Shown here: piece by piece, positions 1-16,136 of the stretch
How the letters are laid out: every line of letters starts with the position of its first letter
How positions within the stretch are numbered: the stretch's first letter is position 1
DNA from: Hyphochytrium catenoides
Lineage: Eukaryota; Protista; Hyphochytriomycota
DNA length: 64,000 nucleotides
Direction: 5' to 3'
Assembly (NCBI GenBank): GCA_900088475.1
Contig: FLMG01003947.1
Location: 124,001 to 188,000, forward strand
The notes under the pieces: model-generated
What the model was told of the DNA's origin: nothing
Seen by the model: the letters and a program-made list of their open reading frames with translations, nothing else
Databases searched by the model: none
Program-made: the position numbers and the translations under genes

Positions 1-426
1 GAAGCCGAATGCAGGGCGGTCAAAGGAGCCAACTTACCTCCTAACAATAACCAGGCCATCGGTGTAAAGTGGGATGCGTGCTATGTCAACCTCAATGCTG
101 ATGCCATCGCCAACGCAGAGAAGAAAAGTCTCTGCGATCTCATCTCTGTAGACTATGATCGGTTTGAGCAGTGCGCCAGGCGAGGCACTGCCTCCACAAA
201 TCCTCCGTTGGGCGATGAATGTTGGGGATGGTACTACACTGGAGAGAAGGAATGTAAGAACATCAAAGGTGCTGATATACCTCCTAACAACAATCAAGCT
301 TTGGGCGTGAAGTGGGACGCCTGCTACGTGAATGGGAACACACAGACCCTGCCCGCTGTGATCCCTCCTGCATCTATCGATAAACCTGGAAAGACAGGTT
401 GCCGGACGATATCTACCTCCAACTGA
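1..426 (+). CDS. 3' end of a Cys/Trp-rich internal-repeat protein (5' end outside the window)
   Basis: Frame 1 is open from base 1 to TGA at 424-426. EAECRAVKGANLPPNNNQAIGVKWDACYVN (1-90) recurs as EKECKNIKGADIPPNNNQALGVKWDACYVN (244-333), 23/30 aa identical with many synonymous changes. Confidence 0.8.
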   Translation, partial: EAECRAVKGANLPPNNNQAIGVKWDACYVNLNADAIANAEKKSLCDLISVDYDRFEQCARRGTASTNPPLGDECWGWYYTGEKECKNIKGADIPPNNNQALGVKWDACYVNGNTQTLPAVIPPASIDKPGKTGCRTISTSN

Positions 427-1531
427 TTGAGGTTAGCAGCCCTCTTATAATAAGGGCAGCGAGAATGGCAGGCCTCCTTCTTCTCCCACCTGAATCAATG
501 TCATTGATCGAGGAAGATCTACTTCTTCTCTGCACTGTCCTAGTCAAACAGTAGCGAATGAGGCAACTGCATAATAGTAAGCAAGGCTTCAAAGATTCTT
601 TTTCCTCTTCTCGATGCCCGTCGTAGTAACCTTCTGGTCCTTTCAAGGAGTGAACATGCATGTATCATCCTTGGACACATGTCAATTTTGGTCTGAGCTC
701 CTCTCCTCGACCAAAGCTTTCGTTAGCTCGTGTGCTCTGGGTAGCCTACAAGCACTGATAGACGCGGTTATTAAAGCGGTCAAGATCAATCCCAATGCAA
801 GGATCTGGTCGAGAGGATGCTATGGCGTCCGTTGGTTATGCCATATTATGGGAATGAAGAGAGCAGCAATCATATTTCTTCTAATTCTAACAGCACTTGT
901 TCGCTCCTCATTTCTACGCCTCTTGCAGCAGATCTCATCGAGACAACAGCGGGGACACTCATAACAGGGTTACAGATTAGCCTTATGCGTCTTCAGAAAT
1001 CAATGCTAACCACCTTGGCAGAGCATTCTACCTTATTCATTCCACAGACAGCGGGACCAGAGCAGACGTATAGACTTCCCACTAGATGGAAGATTCATAG
1101 CTTTCTTAGAGGAAGAGACAGCGCCAAAACTAGCGTCAACGCCAGATAGCGCCACGGTTAGGAGGAGACTGGCTTTCTAGACCAGATGCCAGTGAGATGT
1201 CGGTGCCTCGCCTTTCTTCTGCAAGTTCTCCCCAGCTCCTCGTTCTGGCAACTGTACCTTAAGTACAAAAGCGATGATGCCGGTCCTATTTCTCTTACGT
1301 CAGTGGGAACTCAATTTTTCGAGTGATCCTCCGTGCAGGGAGGTTTGCCCGCCCTAAGTTTGCCAAAGGTTGTCCCTGTCTGGTCGCAGGTGGACCCGAC
1401 GAGAGCTCACAAACTTCTTGTGACTCTCTTTGTCGCTCCTCCCTCTGATGTGTTTCTTCTTTATCGCATTGCCAGCACCGTCCAACCCCTTCGCCATCAT
1501 TTATCTTCTCCACTCTTCCCTTCCTTGTTAG

Positions 1532-4500
1532 TTAGCCCCGTGAGACAGGATTAAGAATCTCTTCTAGTGGCAGGAGAACAAGCTTCACTTCTCCACTTAA
1601 ACTGTCTGTCTGGAGAGGAGGAACAAAGCCCGAATCCCTACAGACATTCTGCTGTCTCACCTCCAGGTAGAGGGTCCTCAACACCATCTTCATACTGCTC
1701 GCAGCCGAGAAGAGATCACCTCCATCTTCCGTCGCTCTGTCTTTTCCCACTTTCTCCTTCTCACCTCTGCACTGCGGATGGCAAACTAGCTCCACTGCCT
1801 TCGCTTCAAGGAGAGAGTCTCGAATTTGTACCAAGATGCTCTCTTTGTATAGCTCGTCCACAAGGATTCTGTGCCACTGGAGATTGTGGAGCTTCACTGT
1901 TGGCAATGTGCCGTCACATTCCACCTGCGGCCAAGGCAACGCAAGATCAACGGGAACAGGAGACGAACAGAGCAAGGAACCGCGTGAGAAGATGAGATGT
2001 ATGTCTAAATGATTTTTTGAAATAAAGAAATAGGAGTTACAAAAGGGAGATCCGAGATAGAGATAGGATGTCATAGGGCTGGAGGGGGAGAGAGACAGAC
2101 GGAGAAAGACAGAGAGAACCAGAGAGACAGAAAGAACAGGAAGTGAAGACAGGCGTAGAAGCACAAGTAGACAGAACTCTTGAAGGAAGGGGAGGTTCGT
2201 AGAAAAGGAGAACTCAGCGAAAGTTAGAAGATTGGGATGAATAAAGAGAGAAAATCACCTCGTGAACCCGCGCCGCACTCCGGAACATCTTCTTTCCGCA
2301 GCCTTTGGCGCAGGTGACGAGGCGTCTGCCACAGGTGGAAGCTTCGTGGTACTGCTGGGCGGATACCTGCACGTATAGGCCGCAACCAAGAGGACAAGGG
2401 ACCTGGCGCCAGCAGACACCGTGCAGAGGAATGCAAAGGGAAACGAAGGCTTAGGAGTGAGGAGGAAAGAAGCCAGGGCGGAAAAGATGGGATAGCCTAA
2501 TGAGACTAGAGAGATGAAGAAGAGGAGAGGAAAAAGGAGAAAAAGAGAAAGAAGAGAAGGAAGAGACGAGGAAGGCAAACAAAAGGAGAGCCAGAATAAA
2601 GGGAAGATAAAGGGAGACTACAGATGCATCTGATATCTCTATGTCGCGTACAGCTCCGCCTACTCTCTAAAGTATGCTCGACTTGCATGCTGCCAGCTCC
2701 TCTCTCTCTCTCTCGTTCCTTCTTTTTCCGTCTCATTTCCTTACCTGTCTATTGACACAGTGATTCTGTACGTGGTCCTCTATATCTCGAAACTCTATCG
2801 CCACCTCCGGGCAGCGCAAGGGACAAGCAACAGATCTTCTAGGACAGGAAGAGAGAGCGTGCTCCTGTTCATCTTCTTCTCGTAGGCGCTCGCCACATCC
2901 TTTCTTGCAAGAGACTTCTCTTTTTCTGCAGCTCTCGGTTTCATGGAAAGAGAGGGAACGGGGGGAGAGGCGCATACCGCAGCCCCACGCACACCTAACA
3001 GTAGAGGGTTTGCGGTAGAAGGAGTTATTGATGTTGGAACAAAGGCAAACAGAGTCAAACAAGAGGTAAGTATGAGTAAAGAATAAGGAGAGGAAAGAGA
3101 GATGACTGCAAACGGAGCTTGTCTCGTTCTCTACGATTGCGTGTCTTTGAAAGGAGGCTATCGGAAATTGTGAGGGTGTGAAGGGCGTGACGGCCTCGCG
3201 GCTCAACAAAGAGGAGCCAAGCGGTAGAAGCGAGGAATGACTGGCGCGAGAGATCGAGACGCGCAGACGGTGGACAGCGCGAGAGTGTGTGACCGACAGA
3301 AAAGAGAGGGAGGGGTATGAGGTAAGGGTAGAGTCTTTTCATGGTACCTGCAGAGCTTTTCAATGTGCTGGGTCGACACATCAGAAGAAGCGCTGGACTT
3401 GTTGTCTCGTATCCTCCCTGCCTCTTCTTCCCTTTCTCCCTCCCACTTCGTGGGGTCCTTCGCCGCTTTCCTCCCTTCTTCACTTGGCAAAGGAGGTCCA
3501 AAGGAGCTAGAAGGCGGCCTCTCCTCTTTTGGTTCAGGCTCCGGTACTGCCAGGGCGACATTCTTACCAGCAAACTCCTTCTTCTCAGTGCGCTTTGGCT
3601 TCTTCTCGCGTGTAACCCTCTGCTTTCCATAGAATACATAGCAGACATCGCAAACCGCTACTGGATCGTAGAGCTTTGCTCTCTCGCTTGGGGGAAGAGA
3701 TTGCAAGAACTCTGTCACAGACAGTGGAGAAGATGCAGGAAGCAGCAGAGGCGACGGCGGCTTTCCTTTTGAAGAAGGACCATCTCCTCTTTCGTTTGAG
3801 AAGAACTCCTCTACGAGGAGATCCTGTTACAATGCGTGGACGGAAAAAACAAGGCTTAGGTTAAATAAAAGGCAGATCCAGGCCCAGGGTGGATGCCAGA
3901 ACTGTCACCAGTGCGGCACTCGAGGTAAAAGAGCGCAGCCGAGAGAGAGAGAGAGGAGAAGGAGAGAAGGCGTGATGAAGATAGATAGAGGACGAAGCAA
4001 GCGAGCAAGCCAGAAAGAGAATGAGAGTGATGAGTGACAGAATGAGCCAGCAGAGAGCCTAACTGGGATACGAAGCAGAGCGACAAGGCCTCTACCTTGT
4101 ATAATATCTCGTGATCCAACGTCTTGCCTCCTTCTCTCTCCCCCTCCTCCACAGCCGGTTGCCTGGAAGCGCAATGCCGACCAGGACATTGCACAGAAGT
4201 GTCTTTCTCTCCCTGTACGTCCCACGGCAGAAAGCAGCAATCAGTAAGCATCGGGCGGATTGAGGCAGAACGGAAGAGTCACTAACTTCGAGAAAAATAG
4301 TTGCCTGATAGGAGAAGAGGGCAAATGTCAAGGGAACTAGAGAGAGCGAAGGAGTAGGGACTTGAGAACGAGTAAAGAGATACAGGAAACAGAGAGAGAG
4401 AAAGAGAGAACAATCTCCTAACTTACCCGCTCCTTCTCCCTCTGGTCCAGGGAAGACAGACCCAGGTTATGCATCTCTCCTGACGAGCTTTTTGGCCCAC

Positions 4501-7448
4501 TCACATCCGAAACCTTAGGTGAGGCCCTGAACGCCTTTACCTTCAATCAAAGATGGTCAGAGCATGTGGCAAGTGCCGGACGAGCGGGATCGGAGGGAAG
4601 TATGGGAAAAAAAGAGACAGAAGAGAAACGGACAGAGGTACACCCAAAGCTTGAGACAGGCTTGAAAGAGAGATTCCATTAGCGATTCCTCGACTCGGAG
4701 AGTGAGAGGAACATACAGGGACTTGGGAACGGCGGCAGAAGCCGGCGGAGCAACAGAAAGAAGCAAGAGAGACAGAAGGGCCCGAAGCGAGAGACCTGAA
4801 AGAGATGCCAGATTCCTTCTTGCTCCTCTATAAAGTCTCCTACAAGCTCCTCAAACCTTAAGGGAAGCGATCCTTCTAAGTAAGAGACAAACCGACCCAA
4901 CTGCTCACGAGGTTCGGTCCACGAGTTCCTAAGCGCGTGCCGCCAATAAGTTAGACGACAGAGGAGGCGCCAAAGGGGAGCCAAGAAAAGAGGAGACCAA
5001 CGCGAGAAGAAAGGGAAATCTACCCCCTTCTTCCAGAGGTCGCTGCTGTCTCTCTGTCTCTCTGTCTGTCTCTCTGCGCCTCTCTGTCTCTCTCTGTCTC
5101 TCCCTGTCTCCCTCTGTCTCTCTTTCTTTCTTCCTCTTTATCCCTCTCTATGTATAAAGCTATATGTCTTTCTATCTTTCCCTCTTTCCGCTGCTCCTCG
5201 TCGCTCCTACTCTTCTCCCCCGTTTTCGCACCCTGTAGACTTGGTGACCGCACAGCTCTGTGGATGTGAGGAGTCTGTGTAGAAAGCGCCAGGAGAAGTA
5301 TTCGAGAGCACCCAGGCCACGGTCTTGTTGCCCTTGCTCCAAGAGACTCGCAGGATCCTGGGATCACGCAGATGAGATTCGGTGAGCGAGACGCTTCTGA
5401 GTCTCAAGAAGAGGGAGACAGAGTACTCTGAAGGAAGGTTGCACGTAGAAGACTGGGAATTGAATAACGAGGAGGAGATGGGGACGATCCTCATCGTTAC
5501 CAGGGATGCCTGCCCCTCGATAGGACCATCTTCTGAAGTGCCCAAGGGAAAGGGAGGGCTTCCTCTCCTTGTAGGAAAGAGAGAAGTCTGTCTTTGACCT
5601 GTCGTTTATTAAGGTCAGAATCCTCATTGCCAGCCAAACCTGAGTGCTTCTTGCGCACTTACCTGTTGCTCGCTGTATAAATAATGGGATATCGAAGAAA
5701 AGGGAGATTTCGTCAGATGGGGAGAAGAAGACAATGATGTTATTGAGCTGTTTTTGCTAAAAGAGGAGAGAGATGACTGTGAAGACTCCCTCCGCAAAGT
5801 AGGAGCTACAGGGAGCGAATTCCCCGCATCTAGCATCTTCTCTACGGCCAAAGGGAAACTCTCTGTTCCGTTGATCAAAGTGGTCGAGGAAAAGAAGGAG
5901 AAAGTATCAGATCTGAGAGTAAAGGCGAAAGAGAGCCATGTACCAGTTTGGGCCGATATAGGTGCCAAGAAGAAAAAATTGGAGAGAGAGAGACGGAGAG
6001 AAAGAAAGGGACAGAGAGAGATGAAGGGCAAGAGACAGATGGAAAGCAAGAGAGAGAGAGGAAGGAAAAGAGAGACAGAAGGCGACAAGAGAGAGAGAGA
6101 AATGGATAGAGAGAAAGAAAGAGGCAGAGAAAGAGAGAGAAAGAGAGCTAGGGAGGATTAGAATAGGTCTAAGGTAGATCCACCTTGGGTCCTCTGCCTC
6201 GCTTCTCTTTCATTGCTTCGTCCAGCAAGGTTCTTCACTATGGACTCCACCACTGCTTGAAGGCGCTTAGGACCTCCACCCTTCACCTTTCGAGCGAGAT
6301 CCTCACAAAGCAGCTCGCCAGTAGAGGAATCTCTATGCAGCCAGAAAATTGAGACCTTTCTCCTTAACGTCTCTGCATCTGGTGCACCATTGGCGTGCTT
6401 TGTTTCTTCAGCGACCTCCTCCCGAGTGAAAAGCGTCGGCACTATTGAGACCGGGCAATCTCCGGATGGAATGGATGGGAAAAAGTAGAGAGAAGGCCTA
6501 TAGAGAGGGTTCTGGTACTTAATATCTGTGTAGCTAATCTTCTTTAAGAGAGAAAGGAGAGAGGAGAGGCTGCCCTGAGACTGGGCAGAGCAGGTCTCAG
6601 AGGCATTGGTAGAGCAAGCGGAAGAGGAGGAGCTTATGGTCGGAAGAGATAAAGAGGAACTCTGAGATGAGGAAGAGCCTCTCCTAGCCAAGCTCCTTTT
6701 CTTCGCTTCTTCCCTCTGTTGGAGAGTGGCAAGGTTCAGATCTTCGCGGATCTGTGAGCTTAGGGTTCCCCGCTTAGAATAGCCTTGAGCCGCAAAGGAG
6801 CCCTTGCTGCATAGCGACTTAGAGGGTTGACATCAAGGGGAAGACGCAATGGAGAGGACCAAGGGCTTTGTAACGATAAAAGCAAGTGGAAGAGAGGCAG
6901 AGAGAACGGAGAGAAAGCATGGGAAAAGAGAGAGACAGGGCGATGAGAGTAGACGAAGGGAGAGGAGAGAAAGACAGAGACCATATCGAATGCATAAAGT
7001 TAAGAGGAGGAAGGAGAATAAGGAGAGATGATTTGCTAGGGACAAGGAGATACACAGACAGCCTCTGTGTCAGTGAAATAGTGGCCAAAAAGTGGACTAG
7101 CGAGACGCCCCTAAGTATTAAGAGAAGCTGGGAGGGGGAAGACAGAGAGGGGAAGTACCAGTGGCACCACTATTGACTCTGCCACCAAGACAAGACTCAA
7201 AGAAAGGATAAATGGACTCTATACCTCTTATGCCGAACCCTCGTCCCTCTCTCTTTGGTCTTTGCCGCTGTCTCTTCCTCCCAAGCTGGCCCTTCTGACT
7301 CATCGAAAAGGTCGTCTAGCCACTTGTCATATTTCTTTACTATCTCTCTGTGCATTGTGTTGGGAGTAGAGGAGGGTAAGACGAGAGAAGCATCAGAGCG
7401 GCTGCCGCCATCCTCGAGAGACGACTCCTCCTTTGTCCTCTCCTTCAT
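1532..7448 (-). CDS. Large multi-exon protein: degenerate ATP-grasp-like core plus C-terminal TRAF-type zinc fingers
   Basis: Exons join in phase over GT-AG introns to give WALQKMVLSRGRHPW/ILRVSW and LVGDFIEEQEGIWHLFQ/VKAF, then CPGRHC, VCDVC and repeated CxxGCG..H..C units (SCKKGCGERLREEDEQEHALSSCPRRSVACPLRCP; VPCPLGCGLYVQVSAQQYHEASTCGRRLVTCAKGCG). Last exon stops at 1532. The 5' end is uncertain. Confidence 0.65.
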
Positions 7449-8424
7449 GCTCTTTCAATGAAGTCAGCTACCACCTCTCTGGCGCAGCTTCATAATTAAG
7501 AATAGGGGCAAGACGTTCTTTGAGGAGTGCAAGAAGGAATTGCTGCCATTGTTGAGGCCCTTCATGAGCTTGGGACTGGATCCCTCCTGTTATGACAGTG
7601 ATCTCCCTTCTCCATGGCTGGTTAATGCTGCCGCACCTAATCTCCTCTGCACGATATACTGTTCTCTTTAGTCGAGGAGCTTGGGCACGATCCTCTTCGT
7701 CATTCTGTCTCTGCTGCTCCTCCTATCCGTCTCTCAAACGGACCTTCAACTCCAATGCCCTCCTGCACATTTTTCCGTCCCATTCACTGATCTCAGAACC
7801 CACGTAACCTTCCCAATAGGTGCTTTCCCTTCTCAACTCTCTCTCTCTCTCCTCTCTCTCTCTGTCTTTCCCTCTCTCTCCCTCTCTGCTTCTCCCTTCC
7901 TCTCCGCCCCTCACCATGATTCTGATGTTGCTGCGTAACCCCCCACCTCGAGTAGTCAGTTATCAACTCCAGAATCAGCGAGTTAGTTTATAGAGTGATA
8001 ATTTTAGTGAGAGCTCTTCAAAGTGATAGATCAAATCAGTTATTGACGATCTCCATGGCTGTCCAGCAGAAGCGTTATTGAAGTGTCTGGGAAGTCTTGA
8101 AGTAGTGCACGGAAGGTCTGAACTGACACGTGCTGGACGATACCTCAAACCGCGACAGGAGGAGAACTAGGCATCTGTACCATATGTCTGGGGATCTTTC
8201 AGTGGGGCCGTAAAAGTGCTAGGAGCTTCATTAGTAAGTTGCATGTACCATGCCATCTGCTCTCAGCCGGGAGACGAAGTGAAGCCTTAAAGACGATTTG
8301 TATCAAGCTGCACACACTTCTTGGTGGCACAGACACCTGAATTGTTCCCCTTCGACAGTGGGCGACAACATGATTAGGGCACAAGACATCTCCTCCCGCG
8401 CTACATCGTACATATACCACCATA

Positions 8425-10103
8425 CTAAACGTCAACATCTTCCTTCAGTGATCGGCTCTGGAGCTGTTTCAGTGCTTCTTTTAGAGGTAGTCCCTCATAA
8501 ATGGTCTTGTATACAGCCTCACAGATGGGCATGTCGATCCCAAACTGTGCGCTCATATGGTGGACGGAGACAGCAGTGAAGACACCTTCCGCGATCGCCT
8601 TGGTGGAGTTCTTGATTTGTTCCATGGTCTCACCCTTTGCAAGTCGCTGGCCAACGGTGAAGTTCCTCGACATGGTAGCAGTGCACGTCAGCACGAGGTC
8701 GCCCACACCTGATTGGGACAGCGCATCAGAACGCCGCTACAGTTGTTGGCGGTGCGATAAAGAATCAAAGATCGGCAACCTCTAGATGTAACAGTTGGGC
8801 GTGCGTCGATAGCCGTACTTGGAAAGAAGACATTCAGGTGCAAGAAATACGAGCAAAATTAGAGGGAAGTGTGTGATGTGTGCTGGAGAGATCGGGGGAA
8901 GGCAGAGGGATTTGTCCTTGCCCAGACCTGCTAAACCTAACAGCGTCTTGGCATCTCCACCCTTCGCCACCACGAGACGGCTCATCTCTGCGAGCCCACG
9001 GGTGATTAGCGCCGCCCTGGCATTGTTTCCGAATCCTAGACCATCGCTGGCACCACAAGCTATGGCCAGAACGTTCTTGATTGCGCCTGCAATCTCACAG
9101 CCCATAATATCTGGACTGGTGTATATTCTGCACCACTTGTCACTCATCATGACCTTAGATGGATTGCGAGAGGCAAGGAATAAACATTGGAAGGCACGCA
9201 CAGAGGTAAGATGTGGAGAACGCAAGGAGAAGGCACCTGATACTCATATTCGATCATTCTCGATTGCTGTTCTTCCGATTCAGCCCTCCTCCCTATCGCT
9301 GTCCTCATTCTCCTATGCAAAGTCTCTCTCACCTGCACTTTCTTTGCCAGCTCTTGGTCAGCGCACGCGCAGGTTATGTTGGTAGGGTGGCCCTTAGCCA
9401 TTTCTTGGGCAAAGGAAGGTCCTGAAACGCAGCCGAGATACTTGCTATACTTGCCAGGCAGCTCATCTCTCAATATGTCGAACGGGGTATCCAGTGTGCC
9501 CTTGTATTTAACGGTCCACAAGGCGAAGAGCACGGAAGGCGGCAAGGGTAAAGAGTTGTTACTAGTGGCCGGGTGATCTCAGGTAAAAGATAAGAAGGAA
9601 AATACCGCATCTTCCATGGTTCCACCTCATTCATGCTACTGCAGGTATCTGTTCAATCCTCACCTGTTCTATTCCCTTGGAGCAGAGGACAATAGGGACG
9701 CCAACGGGGAACTTCTCTCTGTTCGAAACAATGAATTCACGAATATACGGCGTAGGAACGACTAGAAGAACGAGCTCCGTGCCCGCAAACGCCTCCTCTA
9801 TACTATTTGGTGCTGCAATTGTCTCAGCCAGCGGACACCCAGGCAGGAAGGCGCTATTTATGTGGTGCTGATTGACTTCGTCTCTCACCTAGTGCAAAGA
9901 CATCATCAGTTCCCGAGGGACGAGTAGATACAGCTGGGTAAGAACATCTCCGACGAGCTTCTGACCTCGGCATCCCTAATCCACATTTTTACTTGGCAGC
10001 CTTGTCGTCCCATCAGCTGTGCCATGGCTGTGCCAAAGGCTCCACCGCCCAGCACCGTAACAACCTTCGGCTTTCCAGCAGGCAGCGACATATTTGTGGA
10101 CAT
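8425..10103 (-). CDS. gpsA: NAD(P)-dependent glycerol-3-phosphate dehydrogenase (GpsA-type), 5 exons
   Basis: Motifs [79 protein letters not shown] and IAEG appear in order across in-phase GT-AG introns. Confidence 0.96.
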
Positions 10104-10730
10104 TAGAATACTAGGTGTATAGAGGGTACGCCGCGTTGGTACCAAGCAGGAATATCAAAAGTGGAGCCAGCTGCCGCTTGGCGAGAGGAGAGGAGCAAGG
10201 ACCAACAACGGTCTGGTGGGGTAGTGGTCGGCCTTTAGACTGCCTGAACGACCCCACTTAAAGAAGTGCCCCCACACGAGACAGTCATGCAACGCCTCAC
10301 TTCTCAGCTAGTCACTCTCGACGGACCTTCCTACGTGTAGTCCTACAGGCGTCCTTGGATCATCAATCATCGAACCCCTCTGTCATTGCCATCAACGCCT
10401 GGTGACGAGCAGCATAATTGCCGAGGTCAGTGCTGAGCTCCATCTCACCAACTGCAACTGAAGATCCAAGGAGTGGAAGATTTTCAGCAACCCCCTCTGA
10501 CTATCACACCTCCCCCAGGACCTTTCTGTTCCAGGCGAGACACGCCCCAGGATCTGCAAACTTTCAGAGAAAGAAGAGACAGAGCTTTGTCACAGATCAC
10601 ACTAGCTCCAATATCTCGAATGTACGGCATTGCTTATTAGAAATTATAACCCTCTCGATAAGTTTATCAGGAATACAGTTTGCGATGCAAGGCTGATACA
10701 CCTGCCTAGGAACTACTGTGCTGTAGAGAA

Positions 10731-10773
10731 AGGGAGAGAAACAGAGAGAGAATGAGAGAGGGTACGGGAGAGA

Positions 10774-10806
<33 letters not shown>

Positions 10807-10870
10807 GGACAGAGAAAGAGAGAGACAGAGAGAGAGAGAGAGAGTAAGAGAAAAGAGAGAAACAGACACA
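10731..10870. repeat. (AG)n-rich microsatellite in the intergenic region between the divergent gpsA and KDM4-like genes
   Basis: Directly visible imperfect AG run. Confidence 0.9.
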
Positions 10871-11322
10871 GAGTTGAGAACGAGAAAGACCAGCGTCTAT
10901 CTACTGTACAATGCAAAGAGAATGTTGCTCTTTCTTCCCAATTCTCATCTCTTCATGATCATCATAACCACCATCGTTCCTCCTTTCCTTGCTTCCCTCG
11001 TCTCTGCTCCCTTTCTCTCGGCTGCAATACAATCTCTGCCTAGCTGGCTGCGGACAGTGGCGCTCAAGGTCCCCATTCGTCGACGTTGAAGGAAGTTATT
11101 GCGGAGGTTAGAAGGCTCTTTAGCGTACACACATTCCTCCCTTATTACCGTCCACAGTTGCCATAAGAGCCTTGCCCTCATTCCCTGGCAGAGGCAGCAG
11201 GTCTCCGTGAGCACCTCATTCTGCTGCGACTGTCGTCTGGAAAAGCTGCAATCTTGCCGCTGCTGGCCTTTGCTCCGACTATAATTGCAAGTCCAGTCCT
11301 CTCTGTAGGAAAGAACGGTTAG

Positions 11323-15252
<3,930 letters not shown>

Positions 15253-16136
15253 AAGGAGCAGAGGCGAGGCTTGAGCACGAAGGAAATAGATCAGGGTCAA
15301 GAGGGAAGGGCCAATGGAACAGAGTCCTTGAAAAGAGGAAAGGACGAAGAGGAATAGCCTCTTGATGGCATTTAGACTGTATTTACTGCTTACTATACGC
15401 GGCCGCGGCCGCTAAACCAACGTGTCTAAACCTCCAGCCGACGAGCGGCCACTTCCATCGCCACCGCTGTCCATGAACATAGCGCGCTCTCCTCTCTCCA
15501 TTGCCCGCTGACTCTAGCGGACGAATGAGCTTGTTACCTTCTCCTCGGAAACACGGCTGCACTGCTGTTGTCAAAAGGGAGCGATGGTTCAACTCTCAGC
15601 ACCGCCTCTTCTTCTCCCTCATCATGTTCTCTTATCTCTTACCGTCTCTCCTCTACCTAGAGCTTCGCCTTCTACCTCTCTCTTTTTCTGTCTCTCTCAG
15701 ATGAGTGTGTATCTTTCTTTTTCTGATTCTTGTTCTCTGCCTATCTTTTTCTCTCTCTCTCTCTGTTCCTCCTCCTCTCGCTGGCGCTCTGTCTCTATTC
15801 TCCCCAGTCTGTCTCCACTTCTGTCTCTTCGCCCAGTTCGCACTCTCTGATCGCCACCAGGTAGAGAGATTCAATATAATGAACGTAATTGTGGCTCTAT
15901 TCATAGATGCGTGTCTCAGCTATTCGGAATCAGCGTTCCTACATGCCATCAGAGAACTGGATTCTCATGTCGGCCGCCAAAGCTGTTTGAAGACTTGAAG
16001 ATGGAGACTCGAAGCTCTGCAGTCTGGAGATCCCATCAGATGACTTTTCTTGCTATGCTCTTGACTCATTTGAGAGTGTCCTAGGCGAACTGATCTGGCT
16101 GGCAAGCTTTATCAGCAACTTCAGCAAGAAGGCAGG

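Noticed and set aside
7470-7917. Minus-strand frame interrupted by a single TAG, raising the idea of stop-codon reassignment
   Set aside because: TAG, TAA and TGA all terminate well-supported genes here, and conserved exons contain no in-frame stops.
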